This document shows, in pieces, positions 1 to 9,930 of a stretch of DNA of 64,000 bases (positions are counted from its first letter, which is position 1; the number at the start of each line of letters is the position of its first letter). The translations under genes and the position numbers were made by a program. A model generated the notes under the pieces. The model made no database searches. It was given only the letters and a program-made list of their open reading frames with translations, and was not told the DNA's origin. The stretch is from Candidatus Woesearchaeota archaeon (GTDB taxonomy: Archaea; Nanobdellota; Nanobdellia; Woesearchaeales; JAGLXL01), in assembly GCA_030640025.1 (NCBI GenBank), contig DAOWKC010000002.1, positions 68,029 through 132,028 on the forward strand, in the 5' to 3' direction.

Positions 1-1
1 T

Positions 2-2365
2 TATGCTATGTCTGTTATTGTAGGCCGTGCGCTGCCAGATGTTCGGGATGGTTTGAAGCCAGTTCATCGAAGAATTCTTTTTGCCATGCAGCAAATGGGC
101 ATGTTTCATAATAAATCTTTTAAGAAATCAGCGCGTATTGTGGGGGAAGTTTTAGGTAAATATCATCCACACGGTGATACAGCTGTTTATGATGCCATGG
201 TGAGGATGACCCAAGATTTTTCTTTAAGATATCCATTAGTCCAGGGACAAGGTAATTTTGGAAGCATAGATGGTGATAATGCAGCTGCGATGAGGTATAC
301 AGAAGCAAGATTAAAGAAATTAGCAGAAGAGATGCTGCAAGATATTGACAAGGAAACAGTTGATTTCAAAGATAATTTTGATGGTTCGTTGAAAGAGCCA
401 ACTGTTTTGCCAAGCAAAGTCCCAAATTTACTAATCAATGGTTCAACTGGAATTGCAGTGGGTATGGCAACTAATGTTCCGCCGCATAATTTGAAAGAAG
501 TGGCTAATGGAGTTATGGCAGTGATTGAAAATCCTGAGATTTCTGTTGAAGAATTAATGGAGAAGATTCCTGGTCCTGATTTTCCAACTGGAGCCCAGAT
601 TATAGGCAGGTCAGGAATTAAAGATGCTTACACCACGGGGCGGGGCAAATTAACAGTCAAAGGTGTGGCTGAAGTTGAAGAAGATAAAATTATTGTTTCT
701 GAAATTCCATATATGGTCAACAAGGCAATGTTAATTGAACATATTGCTGATTTAGTTAAGGACAGAAAAATTGAAGGGATTAGAAATATTAGAGATGAAT
801 CTGATCGAGATGGAATCAGAGTTGTAATTGAATTAAAACAAGGGGCTGACAGTGAAGTTGTTTTGAATCAATTGTATAAATATAGTAGGATGAGAGTGAC
901 GTTTGGGATTTATTTGTTGGCTTTGGTTAATAATGAACCAAAGTTATTGAGTTTACGAGGGATGTTAAAGCATTTTGTCAAGCACAGACGAGAAGTTGTT
1001 CGAAGAAAAACGCAATTTGATTTGAAAAAAGCAGAGGAAAGAGCTCATGTTTTAGAAGGTTTGATTGTGGCAATCAATAATATTGATGAAGTAATTCCAG
1101 GCATTAGAAAAAGCAGGACAGTGGAAGACGCCAAGAATTTCTTGATGAGCAACTACAGTTTGACTGAAATACAGGCTAAAGCTATTCTTGATATGAGATT
1201 GCAGAAGCTGGCTTCACTTGAGCAGGAGAAGACAAAGAAAGAACATGATGACTTATTGGTTTTGATCAAGGATTTGAAAGAGATTTTAGATGATGAGAAA
1301 GAGATTTTAGGAATTATTAAGGAAGAGTTAAGAGAGTTGATTTCAAAGTATGGAGATGAAAGAAGAACTGTGATTCAAGAACAAGAAGAAAGGCAATTTG
1401 ATGTTGAGGAGTTAATCAAAGAAGAAGATATGGTGGTGACAATTACACATTCTGGTTATATCAAAAGGCTGCCAATCGGTGTTTACAAGACGCAACGGAG
1501 AGGAGGCAAAGGAGTTAAGGCGGCCGGCACTAAGGAAGAGGATTTTGTTGAAGATTTATTTGTAGCTTCAACTCACAGTTACTTATTATTTTTTACAAAT
1601 AAAGGGCAATTGCATTGGCTAAAGGTTTATGATATTCCAACTGGCGGCCGAGGAGCCAAAGGCAGACCAGTGGTTAATTTAATTGGTTTGAGAGAAGGCG
1701 AGAGGATAACAGCAGTTGTTCCAGTTCGCGAATTTAAGGAAGGGAATTATTTAGTCATGGGAACTAAGAAAGGTGTGGTTAAAAAGAGTTCGTTAATGGA
1801 TTTCAGCAGGCCCCGTAGAGGAGGTATCAGAGCGATTAGTTTTGATGAAGGTGATGAGTTGATTGGAGTGGTGATGACTGACGGCAATAAGCAGATTATC
1901 ATGGCGACCCGGAATGGGATTGCCAGCAGATTTAAAGAAAGTGATTTGAGGGCAATAGGCAGAACTGCTCGAGGTGTGCGAGGCATTAGATTAAGGGCAG
2001 ATGATTATGTAGTGGGAATGTGTATGGCTGAAGATGATAAGTCATTATTGACTGTAACTGAAAAAGGTTTTGGTAAAAGAAGTAGGGTAGCAGATTATAG
2101 ATTGATTAATCGGGGTGGTAAAGGAGTTATTAATTTGAAAATTACTGAGAAAAATGGTAAGGTAATAGCGATTAAATCAGTAAATGACAGTGATCAGTTG
2201 ATGTTTATTTCAAAACACGGAATTGCTATTAGGATGAAAGCAGATAGTATTTCAGTGATTGGCAGAGCAACACAAGGTGTAAGGATAATGAAATTAGGTG
2301 AAGGAGACAAAGTCATGGCAGTGGCCAGAATTATTTTTGAAAATGGTCAAGACCAAAATAATTGA
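2..2365 (+). CDS. gyrA: DNA gyrase subunit A (5' end lies upstream of window)
   Basis: [30 protein letters not shown], catalytic AAMRY, GyrA box QRRGGKG, C-terminal pinwheel repeats. Met at 8 is internal. Confidence 0.97.
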   Translation, partial: YAMSVIVGRALPDVRDGLKPVHRRILFAMQQMGMFHNKSFKKSARIVGEVLGKYHPHGDTAVYDAMVRMTQDFSLRYPLVQGQGNFGSIDGDNAAAMRYTEARLKKLAEEMLQDIDKETVDFKDNFDGSLKEPTVLPSKVPNLLINGSTGIAVGMATNVPPHNLKEVANGVMAVIENPEISVEELMEKIPGPDFPTGAQIIGRSGIKDAYTTGRGKLTVKGVAEVEEDKIIVSEIPYMVNKAMLIEHIADLVKDRKIEGIRNIRDESDRDGIRVVIELKQGADSEVVLNQLYKYSRMRVTFGIYLLALVNNEPKLLSLRGMLKHFVKHRREVVRRKTQFDLKKAEERAHVLEGLIVAINNIDEVIPGIRKSRTVEDAKNFLMSNYSLTEIQAKAILDMRLQKLASLEQEKTKKEHDDLLVLIKDLKEILDDEKEILGIIKEELRELISKYGDERRTVIQEQEERQFDVEELIKEEDMVVTITHSGYIKRLPIGVYKTQRRGGKGVKAAGTKEEDFVEDLFVASTHSYLLFFTNKGQLHWLKVYDIPTGGRGAKGRPVVNLIGLREGERITAVVPVREFKEGNYLVMGTKKGVVKKSSLMDFSRPRRGGIRAISFDEGDELIGVVMTDGNKQIIMATRNGIASRFKESDLRAIGRTARGVRGIRLRADDYVVGMCMAEDDKSLLTVTEKGFGKRSRVADYRLINRGGKGVINLKITEKNGKVIAIKSVNDSDQLMFISKHGIAIRMKADSISVIGRATQGVRIMKLGEGDKVMAVARIIFENGQDQNN

Positions 2366-2732
2366 ACTTTTGGATTTGATTGAAAAGGACATGGAGTTGA
2401 GTCCTTGGTCTAGAAAATTGACTTTAAAGGAACAGCACCAATGGTTTTTAGATGAAGTTGAAGAATTGAAAGAAGCATTGGGCAAAGAAGACATGAAAAA
2501 TTACGGTGAAGAGCTGGGAGATGCGCTTTGGGATTTGTTGAAATTAATGGTGATTGCTGAAAAAGAAGGGGTAGGAAAGGCCAGGGATATGGTTGAGAAT
2601 ATTAGAAAGAAGATTAGCACTCGAAAACCTCATTTGACAAATGGAAAGGAGCTGACAGCAGAAGAAGAAGAAAAACAATGGCATGAAATAAAGGCTAAGG
2701 AGAAAAATGAAGGCTCTGGCAATAACAGATAA
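2343..2732 (+). CDS. MazG-like nucleotide pyrophosphohydrolase
   Basis: PW...EVEELKEAL...EELGDALW...RKPH motifs; start moved to MVKTK at 2343. Confidence 0.85.
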   Translation: MVKTKIIELLDLIEKDMELSPWSRKLTLKEQHQWFLDEVEELKEALGKEDMKNYGEELGDALWDLLKLMVIAEKEGVGKARDMVENIRKKISTRKPHLTNGKELTAEEEEKQWHEIKAKEKNEGSGNNR

Positions 2733-3762
2733 AGGTTTGGAAGATATTTCTTTGTTAGAGATTAAAGAGTTTTTAGGTGTTAAGGGGGAGGTGGTTGATT
2801 CTGGTGTTATTTTTGATTTTAAGAAATTAGAAGATTTGTATTTGTTGTGTTATAAAGGTCAATCTGTTTTTAAGGTTTTAAATTTGATTGATAATTTTAA
2901 GGTTAAGAAAAATTTGATTAAAGAAGTGAAAGCAAGAGTTAAGAAAATTGATTTTTCTAAATATTTGGGGAAAGGGCAGAAGTTTGCGGTGCGATGCTGG
3001 CGGAGGAAAAATGAAATTTCACGAGGAGAAGTTGAGCAGGAAGTTGGTTCAGTGATTCCAGGCAGAGTTGATTTAGAAAAACCTGATGTTAGGTTTTTTG
3101 TTTTTGTTAATGGTTTAGAGGTTTATTTTGGAATTGATGTTTCTGGTCGAGATTTGAGTGAGAGGGAGTACAAGATATTTTCACATCCGCATTCTTTGAA
3201 AGGGCCAGTGGCTTATGGTTTAGTTCGTCTGAGTGGTTGGAGTGGTAAAAAGGTTCTTTTGAATTGTTTTTGCAAGAGCGGCGAGATTGGAATTGAAGCA
3301 GCTTTGTTTGGCAATGGTTTATCGGTGAATTATTATCAGAAAGAAAAGATGGGTTTTGATTTTGATTTTGAAAAGTTTGATAAAAAAAAGAAAGTCAAAT
3401 TAAAGATTCATTGTGTTGACAGTGATTTTAGAAGTTTATCGGCAACAAAGAAAAATGCCAAGATTGCCGGAGTGGCTAAAGAAGTGCAGGTTTCTAAAAC
3501 TTCAGTTGGGGATTTGGATGTTAAGTTTAAGAAAGAGACGGTTGATTGTTTGGCTTGCCAAGTCATTAAAGTCGAGGAAGGAAATCAAGTTAAGGAGTTG
3601 TTTTACCAGGCAGAATTTATTTTGAAAGGAAAATTAGTAATCTTATGCCGGGAGAAAGATAATTTTGATTCTTTGGCTAAAGTTCATAAATTTAAAAAAG
3701 TTGAAGAACGTATTATTGAAAGAGGAGGAATTAATTACAAGGTTTTGGTCTACTCAAAATGA
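2707..3762 (+). CDS. THUMP-domain RNA methyltransferase-like protein (Trm14/RlmL family, degenerate MTase motifs)
   Basis: GLEDI, VDLEKPD, GIDVSGRDLSEREYK, HSLKGPVAYGL. Confidence 0.75.
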   Translation: MKALAITDKGLEDISLLEIKEFLGVKGEVVDSGVIFDFKKLEDLYLLCYKGQSVFKVLNLIDNFKVKKNLIKEVKARVKKIDFSKYLGKGQKFAVRCWRRKNEISRGEVEQEVGSVIPGRVDLEKPDVRFFVFVNGLEVYFGIDVSGRDLSEREYKIFSHPHSLKGPVAYGLVRLSGWSGKKVLLNCFCKSGEIGIEAALFGNGLSVNYYQKEKMGFDFDFEKFDKKKKVKLKIHCVDSDFRSLSATKKNAKIAGVAKEVQVSKTSVGDLDVKFKKETVDCLACQVIKVEEGNQVKELFYQAEFILKGKLVILCREKDNFDSLAKVHKFKKVEERIIERGGINYKVLVYSK

Positions 3763-4352
3763 TTTTGAACAAATTTCGCAAGGATGTTCTGAATAGTTCT
3801 ATTCAAGATATTAAAAGAAGTTTGAGGGAAGTCAATCAAATGGTTTCTAAGGATAATGAAGATTATATGATGCGAATTAATTCTTTGGTCAATAATATGG
3901 TGAACTCAAAGAATGAGAGAAGGGACAGGCAGGAGATATTGAAACTGGCTGAAAGACTTTCTGAGAGAAAGATTAGACTGCCAGGTGAAATTTTAGATGA
4001 GGTCAAAGCTGATTTAGAGGAGATTGACAAGTGTTTAGAGAATAATTGTCTTCGGAGTGCGGTGGTGTTGTGTGGTAGGGTATTGGAAACTGCTTTGCAT
4101 AGGAAGTATTATGAAGCAACTGGCAATGATTTGCTGGAGAAAGCGCCAGGGATTGGTCTGGGCAAAGTGATTGCCAAGTTATCAGAGGCCAATGTTGCGT
4201 TGGATCCAGGTTTGACACAACAAATACATTTAGTAAATCAGATTCGGGTTTTTTCTGTTCACAAGAAGAAAGGAGTTTTTCGTCCATCTCGGGAGCAGGC
4301 TGAGGCCATGGTTCTTTATACTAAAGATGTGTTGAGGAAGTTGTTTGGATAG
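3759..4352 (+). CDS. DUF4145/HEPN-like domain protein
   Basis: RSAVVLCGRVLETAL and an R-x4-H (RVFSVH) motif. Confidence 0.65.
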   Translation: MILNKFRKDVLNSSIQDIKRSLREVNQMVSKDNEDYMMRINSLVNNMVNSKNERRDRQEILKLAERLSERKIRLPGEILDEVKADLEEIDKCLENNCLRSAVVLCGRVLETALHRKYYEATGNDLLEKAPGIGLGKVIAKLSEANVALDPGLTQQIHLVNQIRVFSVHKKKGVFRPSREQAEAMVLYTKDVLRKLFG

Positions 4353-4353
4353 A

Positions 4354-4620
4354 ATGAAACATTGGAATTATTTTGATTTTAGTAGACCAGACAGAAAAAT
4401 TTACAAAATCCGTTCTGATGGTTGTTTAATGAGAGTTTTAGATTCAGAAAAAGTTTCTTTGAGTTTTGAAGAAGTTAGAAATGCTCTATCTCCAGATCCA
4501 GAACTGGGATATGAAAGAATAGATGAATTATTTAAACAAAAACATCCTCAAGATGAAAGAGACCAAAAAGAGCTTTCGAAAGAAGAACAAAGTGAATTAG
4601 AAAGAACTGTTTTTAGTTAA
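4354..4620 (+). CDS. hypothetical protein
   Basis: ATG immediately after upstream stop; no recognisable motif. Confidence 0.5.
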   Translation: MKHWNYFDFSRPDRKIYKIRSDGCLMRVLDSEKVSLSFEEVRNALSPDPELGYERIDELFKQKHPQDERDQKELSKEEQSELERTVFS

Positions 4621-5073
4621 GGAGGTTGATTGTTGGTCTAATTCTCTGTCTGGATTACACAAACAATCTTGATTACCTAAATATTTTTGGACATCGAGAT
4701 CACGTAAATAATTCTCTGTGTATCCTAATGAGGGGGCGAGATACCCGAGATTATGCCATCTTTTTAATGAAAACAATCTAATTCCCATTGCTTGTCCAAC
4801 CTCACTTCTTGATTGTCCCTGTCTTAAACGGTAATCTATTTCCCAGGCGTCTTTGGCGATTCGTTCTTCGTCAACATTAAAAAATTGATCATTACATTTA
4901 ACTAAATCGGTGATGAATTGATTTCTATATTTTGGATCACAATTTAAAATTGTTTCTTTCAGTGTTTTAGTATCTCCTAATAAGACTGCTTGGTGACCTT
5001 GAGTATAAAGATTTAATCCAATTTTATGAGAGTAATGTTCCATTCTCTTTTCAACGATTCCATTGATATTCAT
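4597..5073 (-). CDS. hypothetical protein (possible HTH-like C-terminal segment)
   Basis: ORF from MNING; coupled to small upstream ORF. Confidence 0.55.
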   Translation of the reverse strand: MNINGIVEKRMEHYSHKIGLNLYTQGHQAVLLGDTKTLKETILNCDPKYRNQFITDLVKCNDQFFNVDEERIAKDAWEIDYRLRQGQSRSEVGQAMGIRLFSLKRWHNLGYLAPSLGYTENYLRDLDVQKYLGNQDCLCNPDRELDQQSTSLTKNSSF

Positions 5074-5074
5074 T

Positions 5075-5206
5075 TTATCCACAACTAGTTCTTTTTGACA
5101 AAGCAATTCTGTCTAGTTCAGGGTAAACTAAATCAATTAATCCTACAAGGCCCATTAAGGTGAGATAGACTAAACCTAAACTAATGAATTTGATTGGATT
5201 TTGCAT
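5075..5206 (-). CDS. 43-aa membrane peptide (not in ORF track)
   Basis: MQNPIKFISLGLVYLTLMGLVGLIDLVYPELDRIALSKRTSCG*; AGTGA SD-like motif upstream; stop 1 nt before next ATG. Confidence 0.5.
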   Translation of the reverse strand: MQNPIKFISLGLVYLTLMGLVGLIDLVYPELDRIALSKRTSCG

Positions 5207-5314
5207 TTTTATCACTTAAGCATGGTTATATTTAGTAATATATAGAAGTTTGTTCTTATTTTTGGTTAATTTACGAAATATTTAAATATAAATTTGGTTT
5301 ATTGTCTTTTTATC

Positions 5315-6295
5315 ATGGTTAATTTGGACAAAAAGGACTGGAAGATATTGTATCATCTGACTGAGAATGCTCGGCAGAGCCATTCTCAATTAGCCCGAAA
5401 AGTGGGGCTAAGTAAGAATGCAGTTACTTATAGGATTGAAAGACTGAAGAAAAAAGGAATAATCACTGGATTTTTTACCATCCTTAATCATGAACTGATG
5501 GGCTTTAGTTTTTATGAGGTCTTGTTGAAATTTAATTACAGGAAAGAGGATGAGAAAAAAGTGAAGGAATATCTACAAAAACATCCGAATACTCTGGCTA
5601 TAGATCAAGTTTCTGGTGAATGGAATGTAATGGTGGAATATGGCTGTAGAAATATCGAAGAGTTTTATGAATGCTTAGATGATTTGAAGGATAAAATGTC
5701 AGCTTATTTAGATTCCTTTGAAACTCATCTAGTTTTAAAACCATTAGTAGTAGAACAACTGCCGATTGATGTTTATAAAAAAATGGGTGTGAAAAAGAAG
5801 AGAAAGCCTTTTTTGTTGTTGAGGAAAAAAGAAAAGGTTGATGAATTGGATAGGAAATTGTTGTTTGAATTAGATAAAGACTGTACTGCGCCGCTTTATG
5901 TTTTGGGTGAGAAATTAAAAGTAACGTCTGAGACAGTGGCGAGCAGGATTAAGAAATTGATGAAAAAGAAGATTATTGTTAAATTTACGGCTCAGATTAA
6001 TTTAAAGGCCTTGGGTTATGAGGTTGTGGTTGTTAAGATGAGTTTAAGGAACCTGACTAAGGAGAAAGAAAATATTTTGTCGAGATATATTAAAAATCAT
6101 CCAAGAGTAAGGTATGCTTTTTTAGGAGGGACAAAACCTGAAGTGTTTATTTATTTAGCAGTGGAAAATGCAAAAGAGTTAAATGATTTTTTGAGAGAAG
6201 TCAAGGAGAAACATTTTGAGATTATTGTGAATCAAAGTTATTTATGGACAACAGCCATGTGGAAGTATGATTTGTTTCCTAAAGGGATGGTTTAG
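5315..6295 (+). CDS. tandem (double) Lrp/AsnC family transcriptional regulator
   Basis: Two HTH-AsnC units: LDKKDWKIL...LARKVGLS...RIERL and DELDRKLL...RIKKL. Confidence 0.9.
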   Translation: MVNLDKKDWKILYHLTENARQSHSQLARKVGLSKNAVTYRIERLKKKGIITGFFTILNHELMGFSFYEVLLKFNYRKEDEKKVKEYLQKHPNTLAIDQVSGEWNVMVEYGCRNIEEFYECLDDLKDKMSAYLDSFETHLVLKPLVVEQLPIDVYKKMGVKKKRKPFLLLRKKEKVDELDRKLLFELDKDCTAPLYVLGEKLKVTSETVASRIKKLMKKKIIVKFTAQINLKALGYEVVVVKMSLRNLTKEKENILSRYIKNHPRVRYAFLGGTKPEVFIYLAVENAKELNDFLREVKEKHFEIIVNQSYLWTTAMWKYDLFPKGMV

Positions 6296-6332
6296 GGAAA
6301 AGTTTATATATACCTAATTTTGATGTGTTTAA

Positions 6333-6674
6333 TTGGTAGGGGCGGTTTTAGCTGACGGTAAACATTTGTTTGCTGAGGAAAGTCCACCCACCAAAAGTTG
6401 AGTTTTTTTATGAAAGCTTAACTGGAAGAAAGTCACTCTCGGAAGAGAGAGGGAGAAATCCCTGGCTCTGGCTCAGAAACGACACGTCCATGAACGAGGA
6501 TGAAAATGGCGAAGGTCTCTGAAAAGGGACTGAGTTAACCCGTAGACGTTGTTCATGGGAACGATGAAACGGCGAAACCCTGACTGGTGCAAGTCATTAA
6601 GACGCTTAGTAGAATGCTAAATGGCCTGTCTGATTACAGAGGCTAACAAAAGGTGGCTTATCCCGCCCTACCAA
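6333..6674 (+). ncRNA. rnpB: archaeal RNase P RNA
   Basis: CR-I GAGGAAAGTCC(ACCCACC); 3' AACAAAAGGTGGCTTA; P1 TTGGTAGGGGCGG/CCGCCCTACCAA; TATA box ~6298-6310. Confidence 0.93.
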
Positions 6675-6685
6675 CCTTACTTAAA

Positions 6686-6859
6686 ATGGGAAAAGATGAC
6701 AAAATCAGGATGCCTTCGGGCATGGGTGGAATTACCCGTTATTTTGATGAATATCAAAGCAAGTTTGAATTCTCACCAGGACTAGTGATTGTTCTGTGTA
6801 TTATTGTCATGGTGATTGTACTGGTACTACATTTCTTTGGAAAAGGTTTGTTGAGTTAA
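6686..6859 (+). CDS. secG: preprotein translocase subunit Sec61beta/SecG
   Basis: MPSGMGGITRYFDE...FSP followed by one TM helix. Confidence 0.9.
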   Translation: MGKDDKIRMPSGMGGITRYFDEYQSKFEFSPGLVIVLCIIVMVIVLVLHFFGKGLLS

Positions 6860-6953
6860 TTTTTTAGTTATAATCTTCTTTTGGGGATGTGGTTTTGACA
6901 TTATCTTGGACAAGGTGGAAATATTTATAAGTAACAAAAAATTCCAATCAAAT

Positions 6954-7322
6954 ATGAAAAATAAAATAATAATCGCAATTATGTTTCTTATGGCAGTAGG
7001 AATCCTGATTATTGGCTGTACTAAATCAGGGTTTGACTGGGAAGATAAAGGCGATGGTACTTGGACTAAGACTGATTTGGCGTGCATGACACAAGGGGCA
7101 TTAACTTATACTTGTGTGAGCAATTGTTATGAAAACAAAGAAGTTCAATTGCAGAATATGGAAGGAACCTATAATGTTTGGGATTTAGGTTATGACCTAA
7201 GCGAGAGTTTGGTTATTGAAAAAACAAAAACAAACACAGGAGTAGATGTTATTTGCTTTGATCAAGGTTGTTTTCCTTACGCAGACGAGCAAGAAGCCTG
7301 GACGGTAGTATGCCCTACATGA
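6954..7322 (+). CDS. Cys-rich putative lipoprotein
   Basis: Signal MKNKIIIAIMFLMAVGILIIGC (lipobox); six further Cys. Confidence 0.7.
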   Translation: MKNKIIIAIMFLMAVGILIIGCTKSGFDWEDKGDGTWTKTDLACMTQGALTYTCVSNCYENKEVQLQNMEGTYNVWDLGYDLSESLVIEKTKTNTGVDVICFDQGCFPYADEQEAWTVVCPT

Positions 7323-7434
7323 TAATCTTTTAGTGCGCTTTGTCAACTGCGCATAAGCTAGTCTTTGAAGGCTTGTCCAGTGCAGGTTGTGCTTTAGAAA
7401 TCTTTTTATATGGGCTTTCTTTTTGATTAATATT

Positions 7435-7776
7435 ATGTTTCCTGGCATGAATCCTCGGAAGATGCAGCAGATGATGAAAAAGATGGGTATGCAGCAGCAG
7501 GAAATCCCAGCCATTGAAGTGATTATCAAAACAGAAGATAAAGAAATTGTGATTACCGAGCCTTCGGTCAGCAAAGTCAACATGATGGGACAAGAAACTT
7601 TTCAGATTTCAGGGCAAATCCATGAAAGAGAAATTTCTTCTGAACCAAATATTTCTGAAGATGATGTTAAAACTGTGATGGAGCAGGCTGAATGTTCTGA
7701 AGATGAAGCTAAGCAAGCTTTAGAAGAAACATCCGGGGATCTGGCTGAAGCCATATTGAAGCTTAAAAAGCAATAA
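7435..7776 (+). CDS. nac: nascent polypeptide-associated complex protein
   Basis: MNPRKMQQMMKKMG, GQETFQISG, UBA-like GDLAEAIL. Confidence 0.95.
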   Translation: MFPGMNPRKMQQMMKKMGMQQQEIPAIEVIIKTEDKEIVITEPSVSKVNMMGQETFQISGQIHEREISSEPNISEDDVKTVMEQAECSEDEAKQALEETSGDLAEAILKLKKQ

Positions 7777-7809
7777 ATTTAATATATTTCTTTGATATTT
7801 ATTATTACT

Positions 7810-8295
7810 ATGGAGAAGTTTCAAGTGTTGAGGGAGGAGGCTTTAGACAATCTCAAAAAAGCGGATCATATGTTGACAATAACATATCCGATGATAGGAG
7901 ATACCAGAATATTATTGAATGTGGCTGATAATATCTTCTTGTCTTTAACCAAGGCGATGAGTTCAGTTGTTTTTCATGACAGGTTGTTCAAATATATTCC
8001 CTCATTTAATGATAATTTTGAAGGCAAATTCTTGGTTTTTAAGGATAAATGTATGAGGAGGCATAAGATTGACTTGCAATATGCCAAATTAATGCAGGAA
8101 ATCAAGGAAATCATCATGTTGCACAAACAAAGCCCAGTTGAATTCAAAAGAAAGGACAGATTTGTGATTTGCACTGAGAACTATAGGATGATTGCCATCA
8201 CAGTCAATATGCTGAAAGATTATCTCAAAAAAACCAAAGAGTTTATATCTATTGTACAGTTAATCACGAGAAAAAATGAAGGAATCTTTAGCTGA
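7810..8295 (+). CDS. hypothetical helical protein
   Basis: Clean ORF, TATA-like motif upstream, overlaps next gene. Confidence 0.75.
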   Translation: MEKFQVLREEALDNLKKADHMLTITYPMIGDTRILLNVADNIFLSLTKAMSSVVFHDRLFKYIPSFNDNFEGKFLVFKDKCMRRHKIDLQYAKLMQEIKEIIMLHKQSPVEFKRKDRFVICTENYRMIAITVNMLKDYLKKTKEFISIVQLITRKNEGIFS

Positions 8296-8743
8296 AGCCA
8301 AGGAAGAATTGAAAAGAATTGAACATATCATCTATGTCAGTCTGAAATATACCCGGACAGTTGATGTGTTAAGAAATGCTTTGAACCGATTAGTGAGTAT
8401 GTTTGATTTCTTAATTGACGCTTTAGTGGCGTATGCAAAAAAAGAGAAGAAGTTTAAGAAAATTCCTAAAACCCCTCGGTTGAAAGTAGAATTGGTTCGC
8501 GAAGCTTTTGAAGAAGATGAAAGAATTTTATGGTATATGAATTTTTATATTTTCTTAAGAGATATTTTAAAGGCAAAATTTACCAAGAGAGAGGAATACC
8601 GAAGACATGTTACTATGGTGGCTGAATTATGGAACAGAACAGTAGATGTTAATATTGACACTTTAGAAGATAATCTTTTGGTGATAGCCAAAGAGTTCAT
8701 GGAATACAGCGAAATTCTTTTAGGTTTTAAGGAAAAAGAATAA
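8276..8743 (+). CDS. hypothetical helical protein
   Basis: Clean ORF in operon. Confidence 0.75.
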   Translation: MKESLAEAKEELKRIEHIIYVSLKYTRTVDVLRNALNRLVSMFDFLIDALVAYAKKEKKFKKIPKTPRLKVELVREAFEEDERILWYMNFYIFLRDILKAKFTKREEYRRHVTMVAELWNRTVDVNIDTLEDNLLVIAKEFMEYSEILLGFKEKE

Positions 8744-8768
8744 AAAGCTTGAAAGATTTCTTATTCAA

Positions 8769-9281
8769 ATGGCAAAAAAGAAGAAGGTGAAAAGGAGACG
8801 TAAGATTTCTACTCCCAAAAAAGAATGGACAACAAGGAGATTAGAAAAAGCAGAAAAAATACTGACAACAACTCAGGTGCATGAGCCTTTTTTTAGCCAG
8901 ATTGTTTTTTGGTCTGCTATTTTAGTGATTGTGATTGGGAATTTGATTATGTCGATTGCTTTAATTCCTTTTCTGACTGTTTTGAATAAGTGGTTTTTAG
9001 ATGTGATTATTGTTGTTTTGGCTTTGGTAATGGGGATCTTGTTTAATTTTTTGATAACTAATATTGGTCATTTAGACAGGCACCATCATGTTTTGGCTTT
9101 AGTGATTGTGCCGTTGATTGCTTTGGCCAATGTGATTTTTGTGGTAATAATGGCCAACCAGATTATTGCTGGGATTGAGATAGTGGATATCAGGCATAAT
9201 CCATGGTTGATGGGTATTTTGTATGGGGTTGCTTTTGTGCTGCCATATATATTCTATAATGTGAGAAAAGTTTATAAGTAA
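8769..9281 (+). CDS. 4-TM membrane protein with basic N-terminus
   Basis: Four hydrophobic segments. Confidence 0.75.
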   Translation: MAKKKKVKRRRKISTPKKEWTTRRLEKAEKILTTTQVHEPFFSQIVFWSAILVIVIGNLIMSIALIPFLTVLNKWFLDVIIVVLALVMGILFNFLITNIGHLDRHHHVLALVIVPLIALANVIFVVIMANQIIAGIEIVDIRHNPWLMGILYGVAFVLPYIFYNVRKVYK

Positions 9282-9302
9282 TTTAGGGTAAGAAGTTCTT
9301 GC

Positions 9303-9421
9303 GGCGGTAGTCGTATAAAATTACGGAAAAAAAGTCCGTAAGGTACATCGGTTAGTATTCAAGCCTGTGGTCATTTATTGGCAGCCAGCTTGAGGACGGG
9401 GTTCGATTCCCCGCTACCGCC
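9303..9421 (+). tRNA. tRNA-His(GUG) with encoded G-1 and two introns (9319-9348 at 15/16; 9371-9386 at 37/38)
   Basis: Acceptor GCGGTAG/CTACCGC, C73, T-arm CGGGG-TTCGATT-CCCCG, anticodon stem CAAGC/GCTTG; both introns form BHB motifs; no CCA; T-tract follows. Confidence 0.92.
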
Positions 9422-9427
9422 CTTTTT

Positions 9428-9802
9428 TTATAATCGAGAACTTCCGTTTAATTTTTTTTTAACAAATTCTTTTATTTTGTGATCCTCTTCAGTATGATCA
9501 CTATAAGGCAAACCCAAATGCCAATTAAAATGAGGTTCGTCGCCTACAGAAAGAAATTCATCTTTAATCCTTCCATGTACTACACACCTTAATCGGTAAA
9601 CATCATAAAATCCACAGTATCCCACTTCTATTCTTGTTGCACGACTAGTAAATCCAATAGCTGTATCAAAATGAGCACCAATAGAAGAACTATTTGGGTG
9701 GTTATCTCTCTCATAACTAGGATGAACTTTGAACCACTTTTCTACTCTATTTGATAATTCCACAGTGTCCCTTAATTGTACAGTTCCTATTGTTTGTTTC
9801 AT
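9428..9802 (-). CDS. hypothetical protein convergent on tRNA-His
   Basis: ORF with TATA-like motif upstream; atypical strand composition. Confidence 0.55.
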   Translation of the reverse strand: MKQTIGTVQLRDTVELSNRVEKWFKVHPSYERDNHPNSSSIGAHFDTAIGFTSRATRIEVGYCGFYDVYRLRCVVHGRIKDEFLSVGDEPHFNWHLGLPYSDHTEEDHKIKEFVKKKLNGSSRL

Positions 9803-9930
9803 TTTAATCAAAGTAATGAGATTATTTATTCTTTATAAAAGTTTTGTTATTTACTACTCTTGAGATGTAAGGATAATTGATTTCGAGCAAAACCAACGAA
9901 AAATTGTGCCAATTTCCCGATTACTAACGT

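Noticed and set aside
6653-6685. N-terminal extension of SecG from the ORF track
   Set aside because: Overlaps the RNase P RNA 3' end; ATG at 6686 fits the family.
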